A stretch of DNA of 54,818 nt from Prasinococcaceae sp. CCMP 1430 (Eukaryota; Plantae; Prasinodermophyta). The stretch covers positions 1-54,818 of the forward strand of contig RQSC01000482.1 of the NCBI GenBank assembly GCA_013416795.1. Direction: 5' to 3'. Every line of letters begins with the position of its first letter. Positions within the stretch are counted from its first letter, which is position 1. Below the pieces are notes generated by a model. The model did not search any database, was not told the origin of the DNA, and saw only the letters and a program-made list of their open reading frames with translations. The translations under genes were made by a program, and so were the position numbers. Shown one piece after another: positions 1 to 11,417 of this stretch.

Positions 1-354
1 CGCCGGCCGGCGCCGCGCCGCGCCATGCGGCGCGCGCCTCCCCTCCGCCACACGGGTGGGGGGGGAGGGGAGTGGCGGGCTGGGAGGGCGTGCTGTGTGC
101 CACGCCACAGGCCTGTGCCAGCGACCGTCGGCCGTTGGCTCGAGGGCTGGCCGGCCGTTTTTTTTTTTCGCTTGCGTTGTCAGTGCGCGCCAGAGCGCGC
201 GCGGGCCACGCCAGTTGGCTCCGCCTGCGCGGCGGGTGCGGGGTGTCACAGGGGACGCACAGTGAGGGGGTTGGGGTTTTGAGGGGGGTGGGGCTGCGTG
301 AAGGGGCTGCCCCATCCCGCCGCCCCGCCGCTGCTACCCCACGCGCCGCGGGCA

Positions 355-584
355 GCATCACCGCAGTCAACTGGAGTGCTGGGGCTGTTGCGCCGCTGCG
401 CGTCCAGGTCAGCTGCACGCTGCAGCAGGTGTGGGAGCTCGACAAGGCCCTACTGCGCACGCACGCGCAGCCGCTGCTCAAGCAAAATGACGAGGACAGG
501 ATCCTAGAGACGTGCAAGCGGGTCGTGGGGCAGGCGCCGCAGCGATTGGCATCGCGGACGATGATATGTGGTGGTGTCAAATGA
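355..584 (+). CDS. Possible short or 3'-terminal coding exon, unknown product
   Basis: Coding-like, GC3-rich stretch SITAVNW...QVWELDKALLRTHAQPLLKQNDEDRILETCKRVVG...GGVK* ending at TGA 582-584. No recognisable family and no clear start. Confidence 0.3.
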
Positions 585-873
585 ACCAGGTGTTTGAAGC
601 GGGCGTGCGGCGAAGCCCTCGCAGCGTGGCAGCGCATGCCTCGATGGTTGGCTGGTACGCACGTGCGGCGCACGAGGGGCTCGGGTAGTAGTTGCTGTCG
701 ATGGTCGGCGTTGCAGGTTGTGCGGCGCTTGTGTTTGGTGGGTGTTGTTGTTGGATGTCATGGGCGCTGGCGTCGTTGGTCTTTTCGGCAGTTTTCGCGC
801 GTGCCCCGGTGGTGTATGGTCTTCGTCGTGTGGTCATGTCGGTGCGTCGTGGCCATCAGTCGGTGGTGAGCAT

Positions 874-2934
874 TCAGATCTGGCAGTAGCCTTCGTCCAC
901 ACACCGAGACGTGCGTGCGAACGGGCACTGCTTGCGTGGCTTGCAACCGGCCTTGTTGACTTTATCCGGGTTCTTTGGATCGTTGGGGCAACAGTGAGAA
1001 TAGCCCGCCGCCACACACTGGGATGGCTTTTTGTAGGGGCAGCTCAACCAGCAACAACATTTCTTGTTGCACGTCTTGGAGTTTGACGGCGGTGGGACGG
1101 TGATGACGTCGTCGTCGTCGTCCTTCGGCTCGCCCTTGAAGATAGACACGGGGTCGTACCCCTTCTTCAAGCACAAATTCTTTTTGACGAAGGGGCACTT
1201 GCTGCTGACGGCAGGATAGCCCGCCTTTTTGCACTTGGTGGGCGCGACGATCGGGCAGGGCCCGCCCTTCGCCTTGGGCTCCGGCGTGGGCTTGGGCGTG
1301 GGCTTGGGCGTGGGCTTCGGCGTGGGCTTCGGCGTGGGCTTGGCCTTCGGCTCGTCGTCGTCGTCGTCATTGCTGCCGCCACCGCCGCCGCTGCACGACT
1401 TAGACACGCAGCTCGCCTTCTCCGCCAGCTGTACCATCTTCTTCAGGGTGCTGGAGCACATCCCTGTGCCGCCGCTCTTGCCCATGAAGTCCTTGCAGGT
1501 GGTGTGCGACATGCCGTAGATGTGGCCGGCCTCGTGGCCGGCAACTTTGGACGGCGAGGCGGCCAAGCCGTAGATCAGGCCGAAATTCACACCCTTGCAG
1601 AGCGTGCCCACGTACGCAAGCCCGGCGACGCCCGTGTTGCCGCGGTTGGCGGTCGCAAGCAGATTGCCGCCGCCGCCCTTCACCTTGGAGTTCGCGCGGA
1701 AGTCCTGCAGCATGCCGGTGGTGAGGGTGCCCTTGTAGGTCTGGCCCACGACGACCTTGCCAACCACGTTGGTGATCCCCGCCTGCTTATAAACGTTGGC
1801 ATTCATGCCTGACGTAGCGCCGAGCATGACGCCGACCGTGCCTCCGCCGCGCGCCGATTGCATGGACTTGTCCGCCTCCCAGTTGATGGTGGTCCGATAG
1901 CAGCCCGCCGCGCGCTCGAGCAGCTCGAGCGGGGGGATGGGCACGAGAGCGAGCTCCTTCTCGTCGATGCGGTCGTCCGCGGGCATGGGCACGGCGACCG
2001 TGTCCAAGCCGAAGTCGATGATCTCGGCGCCGGCTTGCTGCGACGACTCAGAGGCGTTCGGAGGCATGAACTGTGCCAGCTTGCGCGCGTGCGGCAGGGA
2101 CGCCGCATGCGCCGCTTCGGCAGCGCCGTCGTGGTGGTGGTGGTGGTCGTGCTGAAAGTGCGCTCCCATCATCAACTCCTCGATATCGACGCCATCAGAC
2201 TCCACGTGAAAGTCGCCAATCTCCCTCAGACCGACCGCGCCGGCCACGTACACGACGTGCTCGTGCGCGTCGGGCGCGCAAAAGCCCGGCGTGGCCTCGC
2301 TGTCGAGCACGGGCTCCAGGACGAGCTGCAGCTTCCCGTCGACGACGAGGTCGCTGCCAAAACCGTTGTCGTCATGGCCGACGTTGAGGTTGACCCACGC
2401 GTGCATGTGGTCGATGTCCAGGTGGTCGGAGAGCATGAAGAGGCCGTCCCAGGCGCGGTCGGCCGACTGCAAGGTGAAGTGGCGCACGGGGGGCGTGGCG
2501 TTGCGATGAACGACCTGGTCGTGCTCGTCCATGTAGATGACCTCGAAATCCTCGTCGAGGTGGAGACTCGCGTCGTCCTGGGGCACGCCTGGGATGCGCA
2601 GCGTGTGGCGAACGTAGTCGTCCGCATCGGGCTCGCCGGCGTGGCGTGCGTGCGTGTGCGGGCGGGGGAGGCGCACGTGCAGCTCGCCGAGCTCGGAGAG
2701 CCACCAGGAGTCGCCGCCGCTGCACAGGCGCGCGGCGTGGCCGGCGACCTCCGCGGCGTCGATCAGCGCGCGCGTGAGCTCATCGTCGCCGTTCGTGGTC
2801 GTCACGACCACTTCCGGTGCGGCGGACGAGTCGACTTGCGCGGCGGCGTGGGCACCAACGGCGGCCGCGCAGAGAGCGCATGCCACCGCCGAGGCCGCGC
2901 GGAGCGAGAGGACGCGGCCAGTCGTCGTCGCCAT
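874..2934 (-). CDS. Secreted reprolysin/ADAM-like (M12B) zinc metalloprotease, copy 1
   Basis: ATG at 2934 followed by a hydrophobic signal peptide (AASAVACALCAAAVGAHA). Prodomain has LEPV...HEHVVY, a His tract and RKL. Catalytic domain starts INWEADKSM and contains GLAYVGTLC, the zinc motif HEAGHIYGMSH and a Met-turn (DFM). A PKPT stalk and Cys-rich tail follow. No intron is needed. Confidence 0.88.
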   Translation of the reverse strand: MATTTGRVLSLRAASAVACALCAAAVGAHAAAQVDSSAAPEVVVTTTNGDDELTRALIDAAEVAGHAARLCSGGDSWWLSELGELHVRLPRPHTHARHAGEPDADDYVRHTLRIPGVPQDDASLHLDEDFEVIYMDEHDQVVHRNATPPVRHFTLQSADRAWDGLFMLSDHLDIDHMHAWVNLNVGHDDNGFGSDLVVDGKLQLVLEPVLDSEATPGFCAPDAHEHVVYVAGAVGLREIGDFHVESDGVDIEELMMGAHFQHDHHHHHDGAAEAAHAASLPHARKLAQFMPPNASESSQQAGAEIIDFGLDTVAVPMPADDRIDEKELALVPIPPLELLERAAGCYRTTINWEADKSMQSARGGGTVGVMLGATSGMNANVYKQAGITNVVGKVVVGQTYKGTLTTGMLQDFRANSKVKGGGGNLLATANRGNTGVAGLAYVGTLCKGVNFGLIYGLAASPSKVAGHEAGHIYGMSHTTCKDFMGKSGGTGMCSSTLKKMVQLAEKASCVSKSCSGGGGGSNDDDDDEPKAKPTPKPTPKPTPKPTPKPTPEPKAKGGPCPIVAPTKCKKAGYPAVSSKCPFVKKNLCLKKGYDPVSIFKGEPKDDDDDVITVPPPSNSKTCNKKCCCWLSCPYKKPSQCVAAGYSHCCPNDPKNPDKVNKAGCKPRKQCPFARTSRCVDEGYCQI
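1283..1345 (-). repeat. 12-bp tandem repeat encoding the (PKPT)n stalk
   Basis: About 5 copies of ggcgtgggctt(g/c) on the + strand, translating to KPTPKPTPKPTPKPTPKPTP. Confidence 0.9.
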
Positions 2935-4090
2935 GGTTGTCGTGGCGACCCTCGGTCGGTCGCTGGCTGCAGTGCCCTGGCTGGCGGTCGTCGCGGCTCT
3001 TTCTCTCTCTCGCGCACGCGCTGGCGTGCGCTCTCGCTGCCCTCGCCACCCCACGATAAATAAGACGCCGGCGCGCCGGCCGCCACGGTCGCGGTGTGGC
3101 GCGCTCTCACACACGGGTGGTAGGCGCGCAGGACAGCACCGGCGGAGGCGTGCGGCGCGCGCCGTATGCGCAGTATGCGCCGCGCTCGCTGCGAGCCTGC
3201 GACCGCCGCCGGCGCGCAGAGTTCATCGCCGCCCGCTCGCACAATCTCGGCGCACCTCTTCCTCGCATGGCGCGCGCGCGCTGACCGTTTGAACGCCATC
3301 CGCATTGGGTTGACGCGCTGACCTGGCGCGCCGCGAGCCGCAATTGGACAATCCCTATTTTTCCCGCTCAGTTACGAAAAAATCGGTTGGAGCTGTAACA
3401 CGAACTCCCACGCCACCGCAATCCACGTGCGGCGAGCTCGTAACGGCACGATGGCAAGAGCTAACCTCTGCGGCGTGGGCTCTGGGAGCGTAGCAGGTGT
3501 GGTCGCATGCGCGCGCGGTGAGCGAGGTGCGAGCGCGTGGTTGCGCCGAGGTCGCCGACGGGTGCGCGCCCCTTTCGGGCGATGAGGGGGGCGGCGCGGC
3601 GCTGACGGGCTGACGCGCCGCACCAATTGTTGGACGTGCGCGTGCCGGCCGGTGGCTGGCGTGGCGCAGCCGCTCGCCCAGCCGCCGCTGGTGCTGACGG
3701 GCTGATGTGCCGGGAGGGAGCGTGGGATGTGCGCGTGCCGGCTGCCGCACGGGTGGCTGCGGGAGGTGGCGGCCGGCGGCCCATCGCGGACCCGTGGACC
3801 GGCGTGTGCTCCATGTGGTGGCACCATGTGGAAACGTGATGCGACCCGCTGACCCGCTGAGGCGAGGCGATGCTATTATGGCGATCAGCGCTCTCTCGAA
3901 GGAGGCGCCCGTGGCGCTGACAATTTGACGAGCCCGGCCCGAAGTGCTCGGGCATGTGTGGAATGCTTGTGTGTGCGCATGCGTGCGGCCGCGCGGGCGT
4001 GGGCGTGTGTCTAAGCGCCCGGCGCGCGGAGTCCCCACCCACCCAAGGCTCAATGTAGCGAACACAAAATACAAATACTGTACACAGCCG

Positions 4091-6071
4091 TCAGTGAAGC
4101 GGCGCAAGAAGGTCGGCCGAGCTCATCTGGCTCATCTCGCTCACCCCCGACCATGTCTCCCACCACAGCGACTCGATGGTGTCCTCCTGCAAGCCGCCGT
4201 TGCCGTTCGCCACCGCGGCGGAGTCCTTCACGAGCAGCGGCTTGGCGGCCTCGTCCGCGCGCGGCGCGTAGGGTAGGCGCAGCGCTGGACGACGCCCTGC
4301 GCGGGTACGGCTCGCGCGTGGTCGATGAGCCCGCCGATTGCGCGCGCGAGCGCCTCGCGCTCCACCAGCGCGAAGAGCGGGATGAGGCACATGCACGACG
4401 CGGTCTGGGAGCCGCGGCGCGGCCGCGAGATGGTGCGCCGCGTGGGCCACGACGACGCGAGTCAGTCGCGCGTTCGCGCGCAGGTCCCGTTCGCACGCGC
4501 CGCGTCGACGGCGCGCGCGCGATGCGTTGCGCGGCGAAAATAGACCCTATCCAACAACGCCACAAAACCCCAAAAATGGCTGCAGGCCACCCGAAACCAC
4601 ACACACTCGAACACGCTCTCGCCCCTCGCGCGCTCCGCGCGGGTCCTCCCAGCATACGCCAAAAAAAGGAGGCCGCACGCACCTGCACTGCCGCCGTCAC
4701 CAAGAACGTGTGCCGGTAGCCGATCGAGTTGACCAGCACGCCTCCCACGACGGCGCTCCCGGACCACGAGAACATGTTAATGGCCTCGAGCGAGTTGAAG
4801 AACCCCCGCCGCCTCTTGGGCACGTAGTCGTTCAGTATGCCGCGCGTGAGCCCCCCCGTGCAATTCATGAGCGCCGTGCGCAGCACGTAGAGCGGCAGCA
4901 GCACCGCCTCGCTGCGCACGAACGAGAGCACCACCAGCAGCGCGATGCCCACGCTGCGGAAGAGGAAGGCGGTCTGCGCGACGCCGAGCCGCATGCCCAC
5001 GCGCTGCGCCACGATGCCCATCGCCGAGACGAGCAGCGGGCACAGCACGTACACGAAGTTCACCGCCACGGGGCCGAGGCCGAGCTCCTTCCAGAAAAAG
5101 ATCGGAAAGTACTTGATCGACATGCCCGAGCCCAGCATGCTGACTACGTCCGCGCAGGCCACCAGCCAAGGCACCACGCGGCGCGCGCGCGCCCGCCGCT
5201 GCGACACCGCGCGCTGCTCGTCCGCCTGCAGCCGGCCGTCGCCGCCGGCCCCGTCCCGCGCGCCCGACTCGATGCGCTCCGCCGCCAGCAGCGCTCTGTG
5301 GTCGGCCGCGGACTGCAGCATCGCCTCGCTCTCTGTGGATGTGATCGATGGCGGCTGCCGTGAGGACGCCGCGCCGCTGTCGCCGCCAACCACCGCGGAG
5401 GTCGGGAGCGCCTCGCTCTCCTGGCCGAGCGTGTCGCTGTCCCTGAACATGAAAAGCATCGCGCAAGGCAGCAGCGATATCGCCTGCCCGACCAGCATCA
5501 CTATGGTCAGGTCCTTCGTGCGCCACTGTCCGCCGAGGGCGGCGAAGATGGGGATGGACGTGAGCGGCCCCACCGAGTTGCCTGCGGTGCGCAGCGAGGA
5601 CTTGTAGGTGTACAACAGCGAGCGGTGGCCAGTGGGCACGCTGTCCGCGAAGGTCGTCTCGACGGAGACGCTCTGCACGCCTGTGAAGAGCCCCCACAGT
5701 GCGAGCGCGGCGCAGAGCGCGCCGAAGACACGCTTGCCGTCGCCCCCGGCCTCGGCGTTTCGCAAGCCGCCGCCCACGATGAGTACCGCCGCAAACGCCA
5801 CCGCCGAGCACGCGCCGAGCACGCCCGCGGCACGCAGGAGGCGCTGCCGGCGCAGCACGCCTGCGTCGATCATCACCCCCACCGGCAGCGCAGACATGAA
5901 CGTCACGAGCCCCAGCACCCCCGACCCCACGCCCACCAGCACCGTCGAGCCCGTGCGCAGCAGTATGAACGCGCTCAGCTGCGACTGGCCCATCAGGCTG
6001 CGCGCGGTCGAGAAGGCCAAGCTGTACACGAGCGCGAGCCTCACGTTGCGGTTCGTCCCCGCCAGCAGCAT
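4091..6071 (-). CDS. Major facilitator superfamily transporter (spliced; 3' exon structure uncertain)
   Basis: Multiple TM helices in two halves separated by a hydrophilic loop. Motifs FADSVPTGHR and LNDYVPKRRRG. Donor GTGCGT at 4682, acceptor CCCAG at 4405, next exon TASCMCLIPLFALVE. Confidence 0.85.
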
Positions 6072-6327
6072 CGCGCCCGCCGCCGCCGCCGCCGCCGCCC
6101 TCTCTCGCGCGCGGCGGCCGCGAGCCGCGGGCCACCCACTCCCATCCTCGCCCCTCGCGCGGGGAAGGGGGGGGGAGGGGGAAGNNNNNNNNNNNNNNNN
6201 NNNNNNNNNNNNNNNNNNNNNNNNNNNNNNNNNNNNNNNNNNNNNNNNNNNNNNNNNNNNNNNNNNNNNNNNNNNNNNNNNNNNNNNNNNNNNNNNNNNN
6301 NNNNNNNNNNNNNNNNNNNNNNNNNNN

Positions 6328-7105
6328 CTTCCCCGGGATGGACCCGAACAAGGTGCGGCGGCTGCCGCCCGTGGCCAGCGAGTGGCGGCGCGCGGCGCGG
6401 GCGCGGGGAAGGCGCCGCCCGCTCAAGCATTGCTTCCGCGCCAATATGATCGCCGAATCCCCCCTGACGCGCGATGGGCGTCCTCCCGGCGCACCACGCC
6501 GCGCCGCGCCCCGACGCTCCCGCCGCCGCCTGCCCGCACCGCCGCGGCGCAGATGAACCCCGGCCAGATGGGCAACTTCTTCGAGTCCATCCGCAAGGCG
6601 CAGCAGGTCGTGCAGGTGGAGGCGGTCAAGATCCAGAAGGAGCTCGCCGAGTACGTGCGCGCCTAAACCCCTCCCTTCCAGCGAGCTCTCGCAAAGCCGA
6701 CCCGCCTGCGCCATGAGGCGTCGCCGGCCATCGGCACATCACGTGCCCGCGCGCCCGCCGCTCGGGATGCCCCCCCCAGCCCAGAGCGCTGACGGCCCGC
6801 GCCCGCCGACCTGGCCTCTCCTGCGTGCGCGCTGTCGCATCCGCAGGTCCGAGTTCGACGGCTACGACCCGGACGAGCTCGTGGTGGTGACCCTGACTGG
6901 CGCCCAGGCGCCCGTGCGCACGCAGATCACCGAGGAGGCCATGGAGCGCGGCGCCACCGAGCTGGGCGACATGCTCACCGCGGCGTACAAGGACGCGCAC
7001 GCCAAGTCGCTGCTGGCCACCAAGGAGCGCATGCAGGACCTCGCGAAGCAGCTCGGGCTGCCGCCCGGCATGGCGGACAAACTCGGCCAGCCAGGCGGCC
7101 TGTGA
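6328..7105 (+). CDS. YbaB/EbfC family nucleoid-associated protein (plastid STIC2-like); 5' end in N gap
   Basis: Spliced product FPGMDPNK|MNPGQMGNFFESIRKAQQVVQVEAVKIQKELAE|SEFDGY...VTLTGAQAP...AAYKDAH...KERMQDLAKQLGLP. Introns 6353-6552 and 6651-6846 join in frame. Confidence 0.9.
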
Positions 7106-7270
7106 GCGCGCGGGCGCGGGCGCAGGGGTGGCGACGTAGGCGGGAAATAAGCTCTCTAGCGTTCGCCACGCACGTGGTCGTGCGCGCCCTCGCGCCCTCT
7201 GAGCATTCGGCGAGCGCACGCACCATGCATGTCGGTACCACAACCACTAGCCTTTACCGGACCTACCTAG

Positions 7271-8893
7271 CTAGCATATGACGTCGATCGCTCCCGGCAG
7301 GCACTCGTACAGCGCGGGCAGCGCCCCCACCATTTCACCGTCGGCCTCAACGTCGATGGGCGCCGGTGGCACGTCCTCACCCCACAGCGATGCGTCGCCC
7401 TCGTCGCCGTCCAAAGGCGAGCGCAGCGAGCACGGCCCCCCGGGGCGCTCCACGGCATGTCCGGGCTCATCGGCGACGGAAACGAGGAGTGAGGTGGCTC
7501 TACGATTGGATACCCCTGGAATGTCCATGTGCTCTCCCGCTCGCAGCTTGCCTCCCAACAGGGCGAAGCCCGACAGCCCGAAGCCTTCGAGGCCCACTGC
7601 GTCCAGGGCGCCATCGCGCGGGTCCGCATCGGGCGCCACCCTAGCGCGCGTGTGCGTGCGCGCGTCACCCTCGCGCGTCAGCCTCCTCGCGATGCGCCGG
7701 GCGAGCGACCAGGCACGCGCGCAGCAAGCGCGCGCGCACGCGCACACGGGTCACAGCCGCCAAACTCCGAGCGCGCGCCCGCACCTGAATCCCCCTCCAA
7801 AGTACTCGCAGTTGGCCACGCACAACGCCGCCACTCGCTCCATGCGCTCCACACGCGTCTCCTCCGCCTCCCCTCTGCGGCTGCCGGCGTCTCCCGACTG
7901 CAGCTCGAGGTCGAGCGCAGGTGGGGAGTATCGGACAAACGCCAGCGCGGTCGCGGCGCCGTAGGCCACCCGCGCGCCGAGCGCCTTCAGTCCCCCCACG
8001 TGCCTGCCCGAGCTCGCTGACACGCCGACGCTCGAGATGTTGGCAAAGTGATGCGCGCGCGCGCCGCGACAGCTCACGCGGCCAACGTCGAGCGGCTGCG
8101 CGCGCCACTCGCAAAGCGTGCGCAGGGCTGACTCCCACTCGCGCTCCCAGCCCTGGCCGTTGCCGCCCTTGCTGCCGTCCTCGCCGCCGGCCAGCAGCGT
8201 TCGCGCGAGATCGCTGCCCGTGCCGCAGGGCAGCACACCAAGCGCCGCCGTGCCCACTCGCACCGCTCGGCGCTGCGCGGGCGGCCAGGCGGAGCCTTCA
8301 TCCGGCGTGCGCTCGCGCTCAAAGAGGCCGTTGAGCACCTCATGCACGGTCCCGTCGCCGCCGACGGCGACGACGGCCGCCGCGCCGCCGCTCGCCGCGG
8401 CACGCGCAAGGCGCTCGGCGTCCCCTGCTCTCCCAGTATACAGCGCGTACGCACGTAGGCCCGTCGCTGCCTCGACCGCCGCGATCGCCGCCGCGCCGCG
8501 CGCGGCCCACTCTGCGCCGCAGCGGCCAGCGCCGCTGGACGGGTTCACGACGAAGACCACCGCCTGCGCGAGCGCCCGTGGCCATCGATGAGGGCGAGGG
8601 CGCACACAGAGTTAGCAACTCGAATCCGTGCAAGGACGCGCGGGCACGGGCACCCCATCGCCGAAGCGATGGGCTGAGCGCGCGCCAACGCACGTTGTCA
8701 ACGGCCGCAAGCCCGTCGCCGCCAACATCACCGTCGGCAGCCACACGCGCCACCACTCGCCGCGAGCGCACGCGGGCGCGGGCGCGAGCGCGAGTGCGCG
8801 TCTGCGCGCCCACGTCGCGCGGAGGTCTCTCCGCGCCCGGCCGTCGCCGCACGCTCGCTGAGCCTTCGATGACACGCCCGCCGCCGCTGCCAT
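7271..8893 (-). CDS. Diacylglycerol kinase catalytic family protein (sphingoid long-chain base kinase/YegS-like); first exon uncertain
   Basis: Motifs VFVVNPSSG, VVAVGGDGTVHEVLNG, LPCGTGSDLAR, YFGGGF, DPRDGALD and EADGE. Intron 7784-7641 joins in frame. Confidence 0.85.
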
Positions 8894-8981
8894 GGGGCAG
8901 CGCGTCGCGCTCGGCGGCGCAGTGGCGCCCGCAACCACCGCCTCCTCCGCCGCCGGCGGCGCCTCGAAAAAACGGATAAGG

Positions 8982-9021
8982 TTAACCCTAAGACATCAAC
9001 CCTAAAATCGACCCTAACCCC
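8982..9021 (+). promoter_or_regulatory. Telo-box-like motif cluster in a divergent promoter
   Basis: AACCCTAA, AACCCTAAA and ACCCTAACCC within ~40 bp between two divergent genes. Confidence 0.55.
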
Positions 9022-9177
9022 ATCGCGGATAAGGCGGCGGGGCGCGCCGCGGGGAATTGGGACTCGAGTGACCGCCGGCGGCGAGCGCTGTGGGGGCGAC
9101 GCCACACGCGGCGTCGCGGCGCGCGGCGCGAGGCGCGAGCGCGCTGCCGCCGCCTCGGCGAGCTCGCGCGCGAGGAC

Positions 9178-10834
9178 GTGGCGCTGCGCACGCGCACGGG
9201 TACGCTCGGCCTGCTGGAGCTCCGTGGCGGCGGCGGGCCCGCCGACGCGCAGTCAATGGAGCAGGGCAGTGTCGAGGTGCAGCTCTGGCGGGGCGACGCG
9301 AATGTGGCGGCGCTTCCCGTTGCGGGCGGCGGCGCCGCGGCTCCGGATCGCGCCAGCGTCCCCGTGTGCGTGCGTCGCTACCGCGGCGCCGAAGCCATCC
9401 AACTCGCACGCGCGGAGGAGCGAGCGCACCGCCGCGTGGAGCTGCGACGAGCGCAGGCGGCGTTTACAAGCGCGTACGCGCCCGAGGGAGATCCAACGAC
9501 ACCCCCAGTCGCCGACGCTTCCACGGCCGCGCTCAAGGCGCGCGTCCGGGCCCTGCGCGCACAGCTGATCGACCTGGCGCGCGCCAGCGGCACCGGCGGG
9601 GGCGAGGGCGCCTCCGGTGAGGTCGCCGCGCTCGTGGGTGCCTTCGATGCGGGCAGCGACGCGGCCGGGGCCGCGGCCTCCTCTGAGCGGTGGGTCGTGC
9701 TGCGAGAGGATGGCTGCGTGTGCACGGCGAGCGACTACGTACGCCTCGCGGCTGAGGTTGGCACGCGCGCGCCGCTGGGATTCGACGGTGGGCTGCTCGA
9801 CAAGATTGACCCGCGGCGCGCGCTGAGGCGGCGCGCGGCGTACGTACGCGAGGCGATGAGGTTGGCTGCAGACGCGCTGTGCGAGCTGCACGCGGCGGAG
9901 CTCGCGCACGGCGCGCTCGGACCGACGAGCGTCGCACTCGGACCAGCGGGTGCCACGGCGCCCGTCGACGAGCGCGCTGCGACTCCCTGGGGCGTGCCGC
10001 TGCGCGTGCGCCTCCGCGACTTGGCGCTCTCCGTTGACGTGAGCGACGCCGCACTGCTCGGAGGCGCGACGCTCGGCGAGGTGCAGCGAGGGGCATCCGG
10101 CGCGGACCTCTACCGGAGCGAGGAGCTTGCAAGCGCCGGCGTGGCACCTGCGGGCGACGGCCCTGCGGGCGACGCGGCACGAGACATGTGGGGACGCGCC
10201 TCAGCGGCGGGCGCGCGTAGCGCGGCTGAGCGGCGCGCGTTTGCGCTCTCCGAGGACGTGGCCGCGCTTGGCGTGACATTCATGATGCTGGCGCTCGGAC
10301 CGCTCGCGCGGCCAAATGAAGTCGACGTGCCAACACTCGAACGCACGTTACGCGCGGTCGTAGGCACGGGCGAGGGCGCGGCTCCAAGCGCAGCGGACGA
10401 GGCGCTAGACGAGGCGCGGGGTGTGGAGGACGTCGCGCAGGCGCTGCGCGACTACGTGCTGGCCGACCCGAAGGTCGGTGCCGGCGCCCGCGCGCGCGCG
10501 CCCTGCGTGCGTGTGACGCTGCTGACTCGCGCCCTGCCCCCCCCCTCCCCCCCCCCTTAAGTTTGCGGAGGCTGGCGCGGTCCTGGACGGCGCGGCGGGC
10601 GCTTCGGCCGACGATGGTGGCTGGGGTCTCATCGCAGCGGTGCGTGCGCGAGCGCCGATGGAGCGCGCCGGTGCGCCGTGGACTGGCGCTGGGCTGACAG
10701 GACGCCGCGAGCCGTTCGCGTCCCCCGCGCAGATGTCACAGAGCGACTGGCGCCGCCGGCCGGCCGCGCGGTCGCTGTGCGCGCACCCCTACCTCGCGCG
10801 CGAGGCGAGCGCGGGCTGGGTGCTGCTGCGTTGA
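9178..10834 (+). CDS. Protein-kinase-like fold protein, probable pseudokinase (STN7/8-like C-lobe); start uncertain, first ATG 9256
   Basis: WVVL hinge, LCELHAAELAHGALGPTSV, LRDLALS, EDVAALG, GGWGLI and RRPAARSLCAHPYL. Introns 10474-10561 and 10640-10732 restore the frame. TGTAA at 10838. Confidence 0.7.
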
Positions 10835-11417
10835 CCGTGTAATGTTGATGACCATAGGCATGGAAATGGTATAGTACACCCTCATTCAGCGATGGTAGGT
10901 AGGGGGATGCCGCGCCCCCTCGCTGCCGACGCGGGCACACAGGTGGCCTCTCGACGGCCAGCGCGGGGGTGGCTAAATAAATACTAGCGATGGGATCGCG
11001 TGTTGGTCGGTTGCGCCGCGCCTCTCAGCGCCGCGCACGCTGGTAGATGCGCTTCCGTCCTGTCACGGAGGCGGCAGCACTTGGCCGCGGTAAAGAGTCC
11101 CGACGATGGTCGCGATGGGGTACACTGTTGTATGGTAGGAATTCTGCGCGTGGCATGTGAAAGACTCGAAGGTGGGGTGTCGTTCCACGGGCACACGCGA
11201 GCTGTTGATGGGTAATCTCTTGAATGGCGATGAAAGTAGGTGGTGCGCGGAGGCGCGGCTGGCCATCGATGGTCTTGAGCCAGCCGCCGCCCTGCGTTAC
11301 TGGACGAGGGAAGCCGGCAGGCGTCTGGAGGAGTGGCGCCGGCCGGTCGTCACTGTTGGTGGGCGCGTCAGCCAGAGACGGCGCGCGCTCCTACCGGAAG
11401 GAGGGTTGCGGGCAGGC

